IMG/VR virus record: IMGVR_UViG_3300009159_000050
Location: 25,967 to 89,966 of that record
Origin: a virus
DNA length: 64,000 nt
Strand: one strand, 5' to 3'
Part shown: piece by piece, positions 9,671-17,407 of the stretch
Position numbering within the stretch: the first letter of the stretch is position 1
Layout of the letters: each line of letters starts with the position of its first letter
Position numbers and translations under genes: made by a program
The notes under the pieces: model-generated
Told to the model about the DNA's origin: nothing
Database searches by the model: none
The model's input: only the letters and a program-made list of their open reading frames with translations

Positions 9671-10018
9671 TTAGTATCTAAAAATTCCGACTTCAACATT
9701 ATTTTTTTCTGCAGTTGTAACAAGTCTTGATATAGCCTGCTTTGGCTTACCCAAAAATGCAAGGTAGTTTACACTAGATATGTTTTCTTCAACCCAGGAA
9801 GCAGGTACCTTATAGAACCTGATCTTTCTTCCACGAGACTTCATGCCTCTTTCTGATAGATTGCAAAACTCAGAAACAAAAGAATTTACTGAAGCTGGAC
9901 CAGCAGAATAAACGGTAAATTCTTTATCTCCATCCTGCATTCCAGAAAGAGCGACGCTCATAGCACGAAGAAAGACTTGATAACTATTAAAGTCAGCCGT
10001 TCCATGTACTGCTACTAT
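9671..10018 (-). CDS. SLOG/YspA-like nucleotide-binding fold protein (tentative)
   Basis: MIVAVHGTADFNSY...YSAGP...YLAFL resembles the SLOG/YspA pattern; likely start at MIVAV (ORF track starts at 10033). Confidence 0.4.
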   Translation of the reverse strand: MVAVHGTADFNSYQVFLRAMSVALSGMQDGDKEFTVYSAGPASVNSFVSEFCNLSERGMKSRGRKIRFYKVPASWVEENISSVNYLAFLGKPKQAISRLVTTAEKNNVEVGIFRY

Positions 10019-10412
10019 CATCAGAATTTCCATTCTTTAAGCTATCCAGTATGAATAGCATCTTATCAATATCCCGCTTTGACATATTGTTTGTGTCAAC
10101 TGGCCTAACAGTGTCTGAGTCTACTTCCCCATCTACTGCGTCTGCTACATAAAACATATTTTTATGTACCCAGTATGCGCTATCTTCTATTATCAGTACC
10201 TTAACACTATTGTCACGAACATGTTTTCTTGATTGAGAAAGCATTTTAGGTACTTCAAAAAGATCTTTTGGCAAAAAGTTTTTTACTATTTGATGAATAC
10301 TACTTTGAGTATAAACAAGTTTAGAAAAATACTTTTTACGCTTTTTTACTACTATTATAAGTATAGACGATACGGCTATGAATGTCAAGCCAATAGTTAA
10401 GGCTAGTATCAT
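9993..10412 (-). CDS. Hypothetical membrane-anchored protein
   Basis: N-terminal TM helix followed by KKRKK. Confidence 0.6.
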   Translation of the reverse strand: MILALTIGLTFIAVSSILIIVVKKRKKYFSKLVYTQSSIHQIVKNFLPKDLFEVPKMLSQSRKHVRDNSVKVLIIEDSAYWVHKNMFYVADAVDGEVDSDTVRPVDTNNMSKRDIDKMLFILDSLKNGNSDDSSSTWNG

Positions 10413-10415
10413 CTT

Positions 10416-10772
10416 TTACCCTTTAAAATTAAATGGGCTGCTTTGCCAAAACTTCTTTTCTCTTTCAACAATGGCACGGCTCCATGAAAATCCTGCATCT
10501 CCACCCCAGGCATCCCACATTATTCTTCCGTTAGAAGGAAATTCTGGACCATCGTAAAAGCCTTTTCCTTTTTTATCAACTTCATGACGAGAGAAAAATG
10601 AATACATTCTCTTAACAGTATCAAGAGACATTGAAGATCCATTAACTATGTCTGTTGCACGACCCCAACCTACAGGTGTTCCAGCTCCAGTAGCCTTTCC
10701 ATCTTCTTTCCACTTCAAAGCACGACGTGCTGCAGATTTCATGCCATCATTTGGTTTGTATGTATCAGCCAT
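10416..10772 (-). CDS. Phage head-associated domain protein, possibly capsid-internal
   Basis: GTPVGWGRA...TVKRMYSFFSRH...PSNGRIMWDAWGGDAG.SW pattern, which I recognise from phage head-morphogenesis proteins. Confidence 0.55.
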   Translation of the reverse strand: MADTYKPNDGMKSAARRALKWKEDGKATGAGTPVGWGRATDIVNGSSMSLDTVKRMYSFFSRHEVDKKGKGFYDGPEFPSNGRIMWDAWGGDAGFSWSRAIVEREKKFWQSSPFNFKG

Positions 10773-11521
10773 TATTTATTAAACTTTCTTGGATCAAACT
10801 TCCCACTCCAAAGATCTAAACTAATTGATTTTTCAGAACTATAGGTTCCACCACGACGCTTGTATTCTTGCACAACCCAAGCATTTGCAACGGCAGAAGG
10901 ATAAACATCAAACTTATCTTTTGCTGCTTGAACTACTGCTGCATACAACTTTGGATTTGAAGGTTTTGATCCACCAGATCTTGGTTTAATTATTTCTGCA
11001 TAGTTTGGTTTTTCTGCTTTACCAACTGCATTATCGTATGCATCCATAGATGGCACTGTATCTGGTTCTGCAACTAGTTGTCCATCAACAATCATTGCTT
11101 CTGCATCTAATGGCAATGGTGCAATTTTTGTTGCTTCTTCTGCAGCAACTGAAACCAAATACATTGTTTCTTCCCAGTACTGTCCGTCTGACTCAAATTC
11201 TAAAGTTCTTACAACCAGTGCTGGCTTATCTGGTGATGTTTCAAGATAATATTCAGATCCAGGAATTCCTGAAGCGCCAGTAGTCATTACATATTCAACA
11301 CGACCAACATGTATTTCATCTTCACAAGAAACAATAACGAAATCGCCCTCTTTAAAAGAAGTCATAGCTTTACCTATATTTCCTTCAGAACGGTTAATAG
11401 CATAAATCTGTCCTGCAGCTTCTTTTGCTGTCTTATGGCATCCCATTACTTCTCCACCCTCTTTTACAGCAGGGTATCCTGAACATCCATAAGAGCCTTT
11501 GGCTCCAACCTTATATGGCAT
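10772..11521 (-). CDS. Three-module protein, possibly capsid-internal
   Basis: Modules MPY...GCH.T...A..Q, a beta-rich middle and KLY...AK.KF.VYPSA.AN.W...EYKRRGG.Y, separated by xGKA sites. Confidence 0.55.
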   Translation of the reverse strand: MPYKVGAKGSYGCSGYPAVKEGGEVMGCHKTAKEAAGQIYAINRSEGNIGKAMTSFKEGDFVIVSCEDEIHVGRVEYVMTTGASGIPGSEYYLETSPDKPALVVRTLEFESDGQYWEETMYLVSVAAEEATKIAPLPLDAEAMIVDGQLVAEPDTVPSMDAYDNAVGKAEKPNYAEIIKPRSGGSKPSNPKLYAAVVQAAKDKFDVYPSAVANAWVVQEYKRRGGTYSSEKSISLDLWSGKFDPRKFNK

Positions 11522-11539
11522 AATTAACCTCCCAGTTAT

Positions 11540-11558
11540 ACTCTGATTATATCAGAGT
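11540..11558 (-). promoter_or_regulatory. Extended -10 promoter (TGATATAAT) inside a perfect inverted repeat
   Basis: ACTCTGAT-TAT-ATCAGAGT; GGGAGG SD downstream before 11521. Confidence 0.6.
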
Positions 11559-11896
11559 TCTTGTGAATCTATAACCCTCTTAAGCTCCCTCAAAGACCAT
11601 ATTTCTTCTTTGGACAGCTTTACTACCTCATCTTCATCGTAATATTTATCATTTATATTTATTAGTGGGTCGTCACTGAAGAAGTCTATATCTACAAAAC
11701 CCTTTTGCCAAAGAGACATTAGCTCATCATTAACAAAGCTAAGGTGTTCATCATATAGGTCTGGCATAAGGTCTTTAATCTTTGATGTAATAGAATATAG
11801 CATTTCTCCAGTTTCTGGATCAATACCAGCAAATTCTATACCGCCCTCAAGTATAAGATTATCTACTACCTTGCTTATCTCTTCATCGTCAAACAT
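11552..11896 (-). CDS. Hypothetical acidic protein
   Basis: Packed ORF, GIDPETGEMLYSIT. Confidence 0.65.
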   Translation of the reverse strand: MFDDEEISKVVDNLILEGGIEFAGIDPETGEMLYSITSKIKDLMPDLYDEHLSFVNDELMSLWQKGFVDIDFFSDDPLININDKYYDEDEVVKLSKEEIWSLRELKRVIDSQEL

Positions 11897-12140
11897 TTAC
11901 AAAGTCCAAGAAATCTTCACGATTTTTTGCACCATTCATTCTTTTAACTTCTATTCCATCTTCAATTAAAATATATGTAGGTACAGACTTAATTCCAAAC
12001 TGTTCTAGAAGCTCTAACTCCGTGTCTGCATCAATATATATAAAATCAATTAATCCATCACGCTTTAATTCGTCCGCTACGGGCCTTGTTCTTTCACAAG
12101 ATTGGCACCAGTCAGCAGTAAAATACAAGACATGTCTCAC
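11889..12140 (-). CDS. Thioredoxin
   Basis: FTADWCQSC active site, cis-Pro SVPT. Confidence 0.88.
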   Translation of the reverse strand: MRHVLYFTADWCQSCERTRPVADELKRDGLIDFIYIDADTELELLEQFGIKSVPTYILIEDGIEVKRMNGAKNREDFLDFVNV

Positions 12141-12544
12141 TTGCCAGACTTCTTTCTAGCCTTTGCAAGCACTCCAAAGTCTTTAACCTTAGTATCTCCA
12201 AGGTATCCCCATGCATAACCATCGTTGATCATCATGTCATTAAGGGACACTGTGTCTCCATTTATATATACCCAGCCCAGAATGCGACCATACTTTTCAG
12301 ATGAATCCATCTTCTCAGTCTTAATTACAACAGACTTAGCATCCTTCAGAGACTTCTTTAGGTACTCCTTGGCTTCAAGACCAAGAGCTTTCTCAGCAAG
12401 ATCTTTTGTGCGAGATTCTGGGGTATCAATACCAGCCAGTCTTACACGGGATGCAAATAGAATGTCAAACCCTAAATCAATAAGAACATCAATGGTATCT
12501 CCATCTACAACATTCTCTACTTTTCTAACGTAATATTCATACAT
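12137..12544 (-). CDS. Thermonuclease (SNase-like)
   Basis: VVDGDTID, VRLAGIDTPE, KYGRILG. Confidence 0.9.
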   Translation of the reverse strand: MYEYYVRKVENVVDGDTIDVLIDLGFDILFASRVRLAGIDTPESRTKDLAEKALGLEAKEYLKKSLKDAKSVVIKTEKMDSSEKYGRILGWVYINGDTVSLNDMMINDGYAWGYLGDTKVKDFGVLAKARKKSGK

Positions 12545-12685
12545 TTACTTTGATCCCTTTGCTCTTTGTCCTCTATAGCCAGTCTTCTTAATATTCATTG
12601 ATCCAGGCTTCTTCTGACCATTGGCATATGTTCCTGCTTGTCTTTGAGCTAATGCTCTTTGCATTTTGTCTAGATGTTTTCCCAT
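12545..12685 (-). CDS. Small basic protein (46 aa, not in the ORF track)
   Basis: Hand translation MGKHLDKMQRALAQRQAGTYANGQKKPGSMNIKKTGYRGQRAKGSK exactly fills the gap between its neighbours. Confidence 0.65.
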   Translation of the reverse strand: MGKHLDKMQRALAQRQAGTYANGQKKPGSMNIKKTGYRGQRAKGSK

Positions 12686-12939
12686 TAGTAATCTTTCCCC
12701 TTTGCTTTATTTTCAATTAACTTATCACGTTCATCAACTATGCTAATCATAAAAGACATCATTTTCTTGTATCCTTCTGGGTTATCCATAATCTTATTGT
12801 AATGGTGCCCACAGAAGAGTAGGTCTCCATTTATCCCAGAAACCTTGACTAGAGCTTCTGCTGCACATGAGTCACATCTATCTGTTGCTTTAAGAACCCA
12901 CTCTTTAGTTTCTACAGGGGTATCAATCATAGTACTCAT
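12685..12939 (-). CDS. Small Zn-binding protein of actinobacterial type
   Basis: DRCDSC...LLFCGHH; likely start at MSTMID (ORF track starts at 12999). Confidence 0.65.
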   Translation of the reverse strand: MSTMIDTPVETKEWVLKATDRCDSCAAEALVKVSGINGDLLFCGHHYNKIMDNPEGYKKMMSFMISIVDERDKLIENKAKGKDY

Positions 12940-12946
12940 ATTATAC

Positions 12947-13132
12947 CTACTTCTTTCTATTATCTGTGGAATAAAATCCACTGCCGTTAAAAACTGCACC
13001 TACATTAGAGTATACACGAACCAGTCTATGGTTGCAAGTTTCACAAACATACCCTGGGTCAGAATCATTAATTGATCTTTCTTTAACAAATCTAACACCA
13101 CAGGGCATACAGTCGTATTCATATAGAGCCAT
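12947..13132 (-). CDS. FmdB-family zinc-ribbon protein
   Basis: YEYDCMPCG...CETC...F.GSGFYSTD. Confidence 0.82.
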   Translation of the reverse strand: MALYEYDCMPCGVRFVKERSINDSDPGYVCETCNHRLVRVYSNVGAVFNGSGFYSTDNRKK

Positions 13133-13136
13133 TATT

Positions 13137-13757
13137 TTACCTATCCTGGAGAAATGTAACTATGGCATATTTGGTTCCAGATTCTACTGGATGAGCAATA
13201 TGTCCATATGCATAGTTTGATGGGAAAAGCATTAGTGTTCCAGCTTTAGGTTTAATTTTTATCTTAAAGTTAGGGAACTCAATTTCACCACCAGTATAGT
13301 CATCATTTAAATATATTAAAACAGAAATACTTCTCTTGCTTTCAGTATCTCCGTCATAGTGATACTTATACTCTTCTCCGCTAGAATATTTTAAAAGACT
13401 GTAAGGCTCAACGTCTTTAATGTCTGCCTCTATTTTGAACATACCTTTATAGTTATGCACTGCTGAAGATATTAACTCATAGGATCTATTGTTTATTTGT
13501 CTAAATACTTCATTAGATCTTGCAGCCTTTGTTATATATAACCCAGAACTTGTCCTAATTGACTGAACAGTACCGCTTCCAGACTGCATATCTCCATTTG
13601 TCTGTGATGGAATAAATCTAACATTTGAATCAATGTCAGAAGTAAGCTCTAAAACTTCACTAATTGTTTTTTCGTGATCCGTCCAGACACCCTCATAAAC
13701 AGCTATAGCCCCTCCAACAACGTATGTCGGATTTATTGGAAATGAGTTTATATACAT
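13137..13757 (-). CDS. 2OG-Fe(II) oxygenase, prolyl-4-hydroxylase-like
   Basis: HYD...YLNDDYTGGE..F...FPSN...H...V..GTKY. Confidence 0.88.
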   Translation of the reverse strand: MYINSFPINPTYVVGGAIAVYEGVWTDHEKTISEVLELTSDIDSNVRFIPSQTNGDMQSGSGTVQSIRTSSGLYITKAARSNEVFRQINNRSYELISSAVHNYKGMFKIEADIKDVEPYSLLKYSSGEEYKYHYDGDTESKRSISVLIYLNDDYTGGEIEFPNFKIKIKPKAGTLMLFPSNYAYGHIAHPVESGTKYAIVTFLQDR

Positions 13758-13957
13758 TACTTTATTTTTTTCCCAAATTTAGCCCATACTCTTTCATGCA
13801 AGAAATAGCCAAGCGCTTCCCATCCAATGTAAATAAGAGCGCCAAGGCTTGCATACTCCCATTCACCAGTAAACAGATAGATTACACCAGCAACACCAAC
13901 CAAGTGAAATGTTTCCCAGCTTAATGTTTTAAGTAGGGTCCTTTTGGTTGAGTCCAT
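13757..13957 (-). CDS. DUF2061-like small membrane protein
   Basis: RTLLKTLSW...Y.LHERVW. Confidence 0.7.
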   Translation of the reverse strand: MDSTKRTLLKTLSWETFHLVGVAGVIYLFTGEWEYASLGALIYIGWEALGYFLHERVWAKFGKKIK

Positions 13958-14616
13958 TATAGTGCCACCTTAGATCCCTTGCCACCACCAGATGATTTCT
14001 TTGCTGCTGCATTCTTTGCTACTGCATTCTTTGCTGCTGGCTTAACAGCAGGTGCGTTTGCAACTGGTGATGCCAACTTATTTAGTAGTGGAACGCTTTC
14101 CTCGCCAGTATAAACTGGACGGCCCCAACCAACTACTCCATTAATTAACTTCTTCTTGTTGTTCTTTACGTATGCACGAGTCTTCTCTACACACATGCCA
14201 CCATTGCGCTGGTCTCCCTTTGCAGTTCCTGAAGTGTTTCCTTCAATAACTTGAATTGTTCCATCGCCGTTGTTCTTAATGCAAATGCCAACATGTGAAA
14301 TACGATTTACACCATCCTCTGGGAAATCAAAATAAATCCAGTCTCCCGCAGTGGGCTCATCATTACGAGCATCTGCCCAGCGATCATTCTTCTTAAACCA
14401 GTCCGATGCTGCTATAGTTGAAGCAGACTTTGGATACTTGTTTGGGTTCATGCCTGATGTAAATGCACACCAAGAAACAAATGACTGGCACCATGGTTGA
14501 AAATTCATTCCCGTCCACTTTCCATATTTTGTTTCGTTATCTTTAGGACCTTCAATGGTTCCAACTTCTGCTTTTGCAATATTAACAATTGCCTCTAAGC
14601 TACCCTTTACTGACAT
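13957..14616 (-). CDS. CHAP-domain endolysin
   Basis: PWCQSFVSW (Cys), SHVGI (His), IEGNTS; Ala/Lys-rich tail. Confidence 0.88.
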   Translation of the reverse strand: MSVKGSLEAIVNIAKAEVGTIEGPKDNETKYGKWTGMNFQPWCQSFVSWCAFTSGMNPNKYPKSASTIAASDWFKKNDRWADARNDEPTAGDWIYFDFPEDGVNRISHVGICIKNNGDGTIQVIEGNTSGTAKGDQRNGGMCVEKTRAYVKNNKKKLINGVVGWGRPVYTGEESVPLLNKLASPVANAPAVKPAAKNAVAKNAAAKKSSGGGKGSKVAL

Positions 14617-14653
14617 TTTTTCCTCCTGTTAGTTATTACATTCTATTATATCA

Positions 14654-14929
14654 CTATGAAGCCTTATCCGTCAAACGATTGTGAGTTCTTATTCTATGAC
14701 AATTAGCACAGACTACTTCACATTTTGATATTTCTTTTTTGATGGCTGCCCAAGAAAATCCATTGTGAATCATTCTAGATATATTATATTTTTTATCTTT
14801 TAGATGATCAAAATCTAAAACTATATGATTACATTCTCCACAGTCAACACACCCACTAGCCTCTTTAATTTCTTTCAGACGCTGTTTGAATTGCTGTTTA
14901 TTATAAACTGCCAATTCTTTTTCTGACAT
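14654..14929 (-). CDS. HNH endonuclease
   Basis: CVDCG...LDFDH...KCEVVCANCHRIRT; likely start MSEKEL, 9 nt after TATAAT (ORF track starts at 14947). Confidence 0.85.
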   Translation of the reverse strand: MSEKELAVYNKQQFKQRLKEIKEASGCVDCGECNHIVLDFDHLKDKKYNISRMIHNGFSWAAIKKEISKCEVVCANCHRIRTHNRLTDKAS

Positions 14930-14949
14930 GGTTTTATAATTATACACCT

Positions 14950-15044
14950 AAATGTTGTGCCCCACACAGGTATTCCAGGCACAATAGCCACGGTCATATA
15001 AATGGGTAACTAAACCATCTCTAAGGTCCTGTGTGGGGACATTT
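14950..15044 (-). ncRNA. Candidate small structured RNA
   Basis: GC-rich 11-bp terminal stem (14960-14970 with 15028-15038), an internal hairpin, its own TACAAT -10 at 15047-15052, and no ORF. Confidence 0.45.
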
Positions 15045-15052
15045 ATATTGTA

Positions 15053-15466
15053 CTACTTGATTTTAATTGACTTAGGCTTTTTTTCTTCAGGGACAATGCG
15101 ATCAATATTTATATTTAACATACCGTCCTTAAGTTCAGCTCCAGTCACTTCCATGTATTCACCAAGAGCAAACGATCTTACAAATTTACGGCTTGCAATG
15201 CCCTTGTGAACTACCTCAGCATCAGTTACATCTGTAATCTCACCCTTAATAATAAGTGTTCCATTATCTACTGAGACATCAATATCTTCTTTTGAAAACC
15301 CTGCAATTGCAAGGGTAATTCTATATGTATCTTCATCTAGTTTAAGAAGATCATATGGAGGATATGATTGCGAGTTTGTTTTGTGTGCGCTATTTAAGCG
15401 ACCTAGATCCCTATTGAATCCAATAAAAAAAGGATCATTGAATAGATCCATCATTGTTGTTACCAT
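15053..15466 (-). CDS. Small heat shock protein Hsp20 (IbpA-like)
   Basis: YPPYDL...LAIAGF...HKGIASRKFVRSF.L...A.LKDGML.I. Confidence 0.93.
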   Translation of the reverse strand: MVTTMMDLFNDPFFIGFNRDLGRLNSAHKTNSQSYPPYDLLKLDEDTYRITLAIAGFSKEDIDVSVDNGTLIIKGEITDVTDAEVVHKGIASRKFVRSFALGEYMEVTGAELKDGMLNINIDRIVPEEKKPKSIKIK

Positions 15467-15467
15467 T

Positions 15468-15530
15468 TTATTCCCCTTTCAAGCGAATAAGTTAATGTAC
15501 CCCCGTAGGCAGTACAATACTATTATACCA
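15468..15530 (-). promoter_or_regulatory. hsp20 promoter and ROSE-like thermometer 5' UTR
   Basis: TGGTATAAT, then a cUACGg hairpin, then UUAUUCGCUU-GAAA-GGGGAAUAA, which occludes the SD. Confidence 0.6.
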
Positions 15531-15535
15531 AACTT

Positions 15536-15609
15536 TGGAGCGAATAGCGGGAATCAAACCCGCACATTAACCTTGGCAAGGTTACGCACTATCACTATGC
15601 AATATCCGC
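15536..15609 (-). tRNA. tRNA-Gly(GCC), CCA encoded
   Basis: Cloverleaf with acceptor GCGGATA/TATTCGC, anticodon arm TAACC-TTGCCAA-GGTTA, T arm GCGGG-TTTGATT-CCCGC, U73 and CCA. Confidence 0.9.
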
Positions 15610-15613
15610 ACTG

Positions 15614-15686
15614 CTGGTCTGGCAAGATTTGAACTTGCGACATGGGCATTAACAGTGCCCCGCTCTGCCAGCTGAGCTACAGACCA
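15614..15686 (-). tRNA. tRNA-Asn(GTT), CCA not encoded
   Basis: Cloverleaf with acceptor TGGTCTG/CAGACCA, anticodon arm GGGCA-CTGTTAA-TGCCC, T arm GCAAG-TTCAAAT-CTTGC, G73. Confidence 0.92.
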
Positions 15687-15696
15687 AAACCTCTTA

Positions 15697-15918
15697 CTAT
15701 GATTCTTTTATTTTAAACACTACTTGGCAGGGATCTCCGCCTTCTTCCCATTCTTTCATTTCTTCTTCAGTCATGTAGGAATCTCCATCATGGGTATTGC
15801 AGAATGGTTCTGTTATCCATCCCCTATCAATTCCATTTTCAATCCAGATATCAAACTCATTAAAGTCTGATTCTTTGTTTTGAATGTCCTTTAAAATTTC
15901 ATCAAATTCATCGCTCAT
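15697..15918 (-). CDS. Hypothetical acidic protein, probably leaderless
   Basis: FCNTHDG...GGDPC; TATACT 6 nt before the ATG. Confidence 0.65.
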   Translation of the reverse strand: MSDEFDEILKDIQNKESDFNEFDIWIENGIDRGWITEPFCNTHDGDSYMTEEEMKEWEEGGDPCQVVFKIKES

Positions 15919-15930
15919 ATATAAAGTATA

Positions 15931-16521
15931 CTAAACAATTAATTCTTTGTCAACTGGTATAGAAAGTATCCATGTAGGTAAACAATAACGAACCTTATCT
16001 CCACTTACAGTTTTTACTTCATGAAGATATTTTTCTCCAGTTTTAAATATCATTAGTGAGCCAGAAGATGGTTTAATTTTTATATTAAGGTTTACAAATG
16101 ACAGTTCTCCACCTTCATAATCATCATTTAAATAAATAACAGTTGCGTAATCTTTATTTAAATTATTAAAAGCATCATATGTTTCATCTATATGAGCATT
16201 CATATTATCTTCAGGGCGCTGTCTAAGAATTCTACCTAGGCCATGAATTATAGAACCTGGTATAAGAAATAAAAGTTTATTAAATTTATCTCTAGCCATA
16301 GCTGCTATGTGTTCATTGTTGTAGTCATAAAACTTGTTATTCCAGTCTAAAGATTGAAAGTTGTTTAACTTTGTCCAGTCTTCTTCTGAAGTCTTATCTA
16401 TAATGTTAGTAAATATCTCTAACTCATCCTTAGATAAAAAATTTGGAATATAAAATATGTTATCCTCAAGTTTTTCAACATCTATAAATCCACATTGATC
16501 AAGAAGCTCTAAACTTATCAT
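15931..16521 (-). CDS. 2OG-Fe(II) oxygenase
   Basis: HID...YLNDDYEGGEL.F...HEV..V.G..RY. Confidence 0.88.
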   Translation of the reverse strand: MISLELLDQCGFIDVEKLEDNIFYIPNFLSKDELEIFTNIIDKTSEEDWTKLNNFQSLDWNNKFYDYNNEHIAAMARDKFNKLLFLIPGSIIHGLGRILRQRPEDNMNAHIDETYDAFNNLNKDYATVIYLNDDYEGGELSFVNLNIKIKPSSGSLMIFKTGEKYLHEVKTVSGDKVRYCLPTWILSIPVDKELIV

Positions 16522-17045
16522 TATAAACTAACCACATCTACTGGACCCATGCAGGATGGGCTAAATCTAATTGCTGCAGATACCGCAGATACTACACGGT
16601 TTCTTGCATTCTTTTGCTTATCTGTTGCATACAAAACTCCATAAGCATACTCAGCTCCAGAACCCATAGACAAATATGGCAGGGTATACTTAGATAAAGA
16701 CATATCAGCAGAACTATGCTCATATATCTCACCACGAATAGCAATAATTAAACCAAGGTCTCCATCTTTAGATGTATCAACCCAGAACTCATTATAAAAT
16801 TCACGAAGCTCTTTGATAAACCTAGTCTGCATAAACTTATCAGTATCTTTAATGTTTGGGGGTGTTGGTTTAAAGTTATAACGGATTCTTTCTCCGTCCA
16901 TTGATCCAGCATACCCAATGAGATAAGGGCCTATCTTCCAAACCTTTGGAGCATCAAGTGCTAATATAGTTCCATCATCTGAGGCACCACGATCTCCAGC
17001 CATGTAGATTTTATCTTCATGCTTTAACACAACAATACAGGTCAT
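16521..17045 (-). CDS. HslV/proteasome-beta-like Ntn threonine protease
   Basis: N-terminal M-T-C-I-V (Thr1 nucleophile), AGD, PKVW, GYAGS, MGSG. Confidence 0.8.
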   Translation of the reverse strand: MTCIVVLKHEDKIYMAGDRGASDDGTILALDAPKVWKIGPYLIGYAGSMDGERIRYNFKPTPPNIKDTDKFMQTRFIKELREFYNEFWVDTSKDGDLGLIIAIRGEIYEHSSADMSLSKYTLPYLSMGSGAEYAYGVLYATDKQKNARNRVVSAVSAAIRFSPSCMGPVDVVSL

Positions 17046-17051
17046 GCAGAA

Positions 17052-17105
17052 ACCCCTTCCAAACCGATATACTTAAGTATACCATTGGCTAGGAAGGGGT
17101 GTCAA
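17052..17105 (-). promoter_or_regulatory. Sigma70/HrdB-type promoter with nested inverted repeats
   Basis: TTGACA-18 nt-TATACT with TG extension; ACCCCTTCC/GGAAGGGGT arms; TATACTTAAGTATA palindrome. Confidence 0.65.
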
Positions 17106-17122
17106 GTAAGGCTAGATAATGA

Positions 17123-17407
17123 CTAATTAGCCTTTTTGTCTACCGTTTTAAACGCATCATTGATTTCTGCCAATGTGAGTTTTCCATCGTCCAAAAAAGC
17201 TCTTGCCAACCTTTCAATAACAGTGGCTACGCCAAGTAGCCCTGCAAGCATCACTGCCTGAATAGTGTCAATTCCTACTACTGCTCCAGCACCAAGTACT
17301 GATAAGCCAGAAGCGGCGAAGACTGCTATAATTCTCATTAAAATATTGGTTATTGCTTTTTGTGGGTGCTCTTTTTTAGGAGCCTCTACTACTTTTTTAA
17401 CTGCCAT
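17123..17407 (-). CDS. Small two-TM membrane protein
   Basis: Two hydrophobic helices followed by LDDGKLT..EIN. Confidence 0.7.
   Translation of the reverse strand: MAVKKVVEAPKKEHPQKAITNILMRIIAVFAASGLSVLGAGAVVGIDTIQAVMLAGLLGVATVIERLARAFLDDGKLTLAEINDAFKTVDKKAN

Noticed and set aside
14950-15044. Third tRNA or simple terminator
   Set aside because: No cloverleaf or T-loop, and the ~57-nt interior is too long for a terminator; kept as an ncRNA candidate instead
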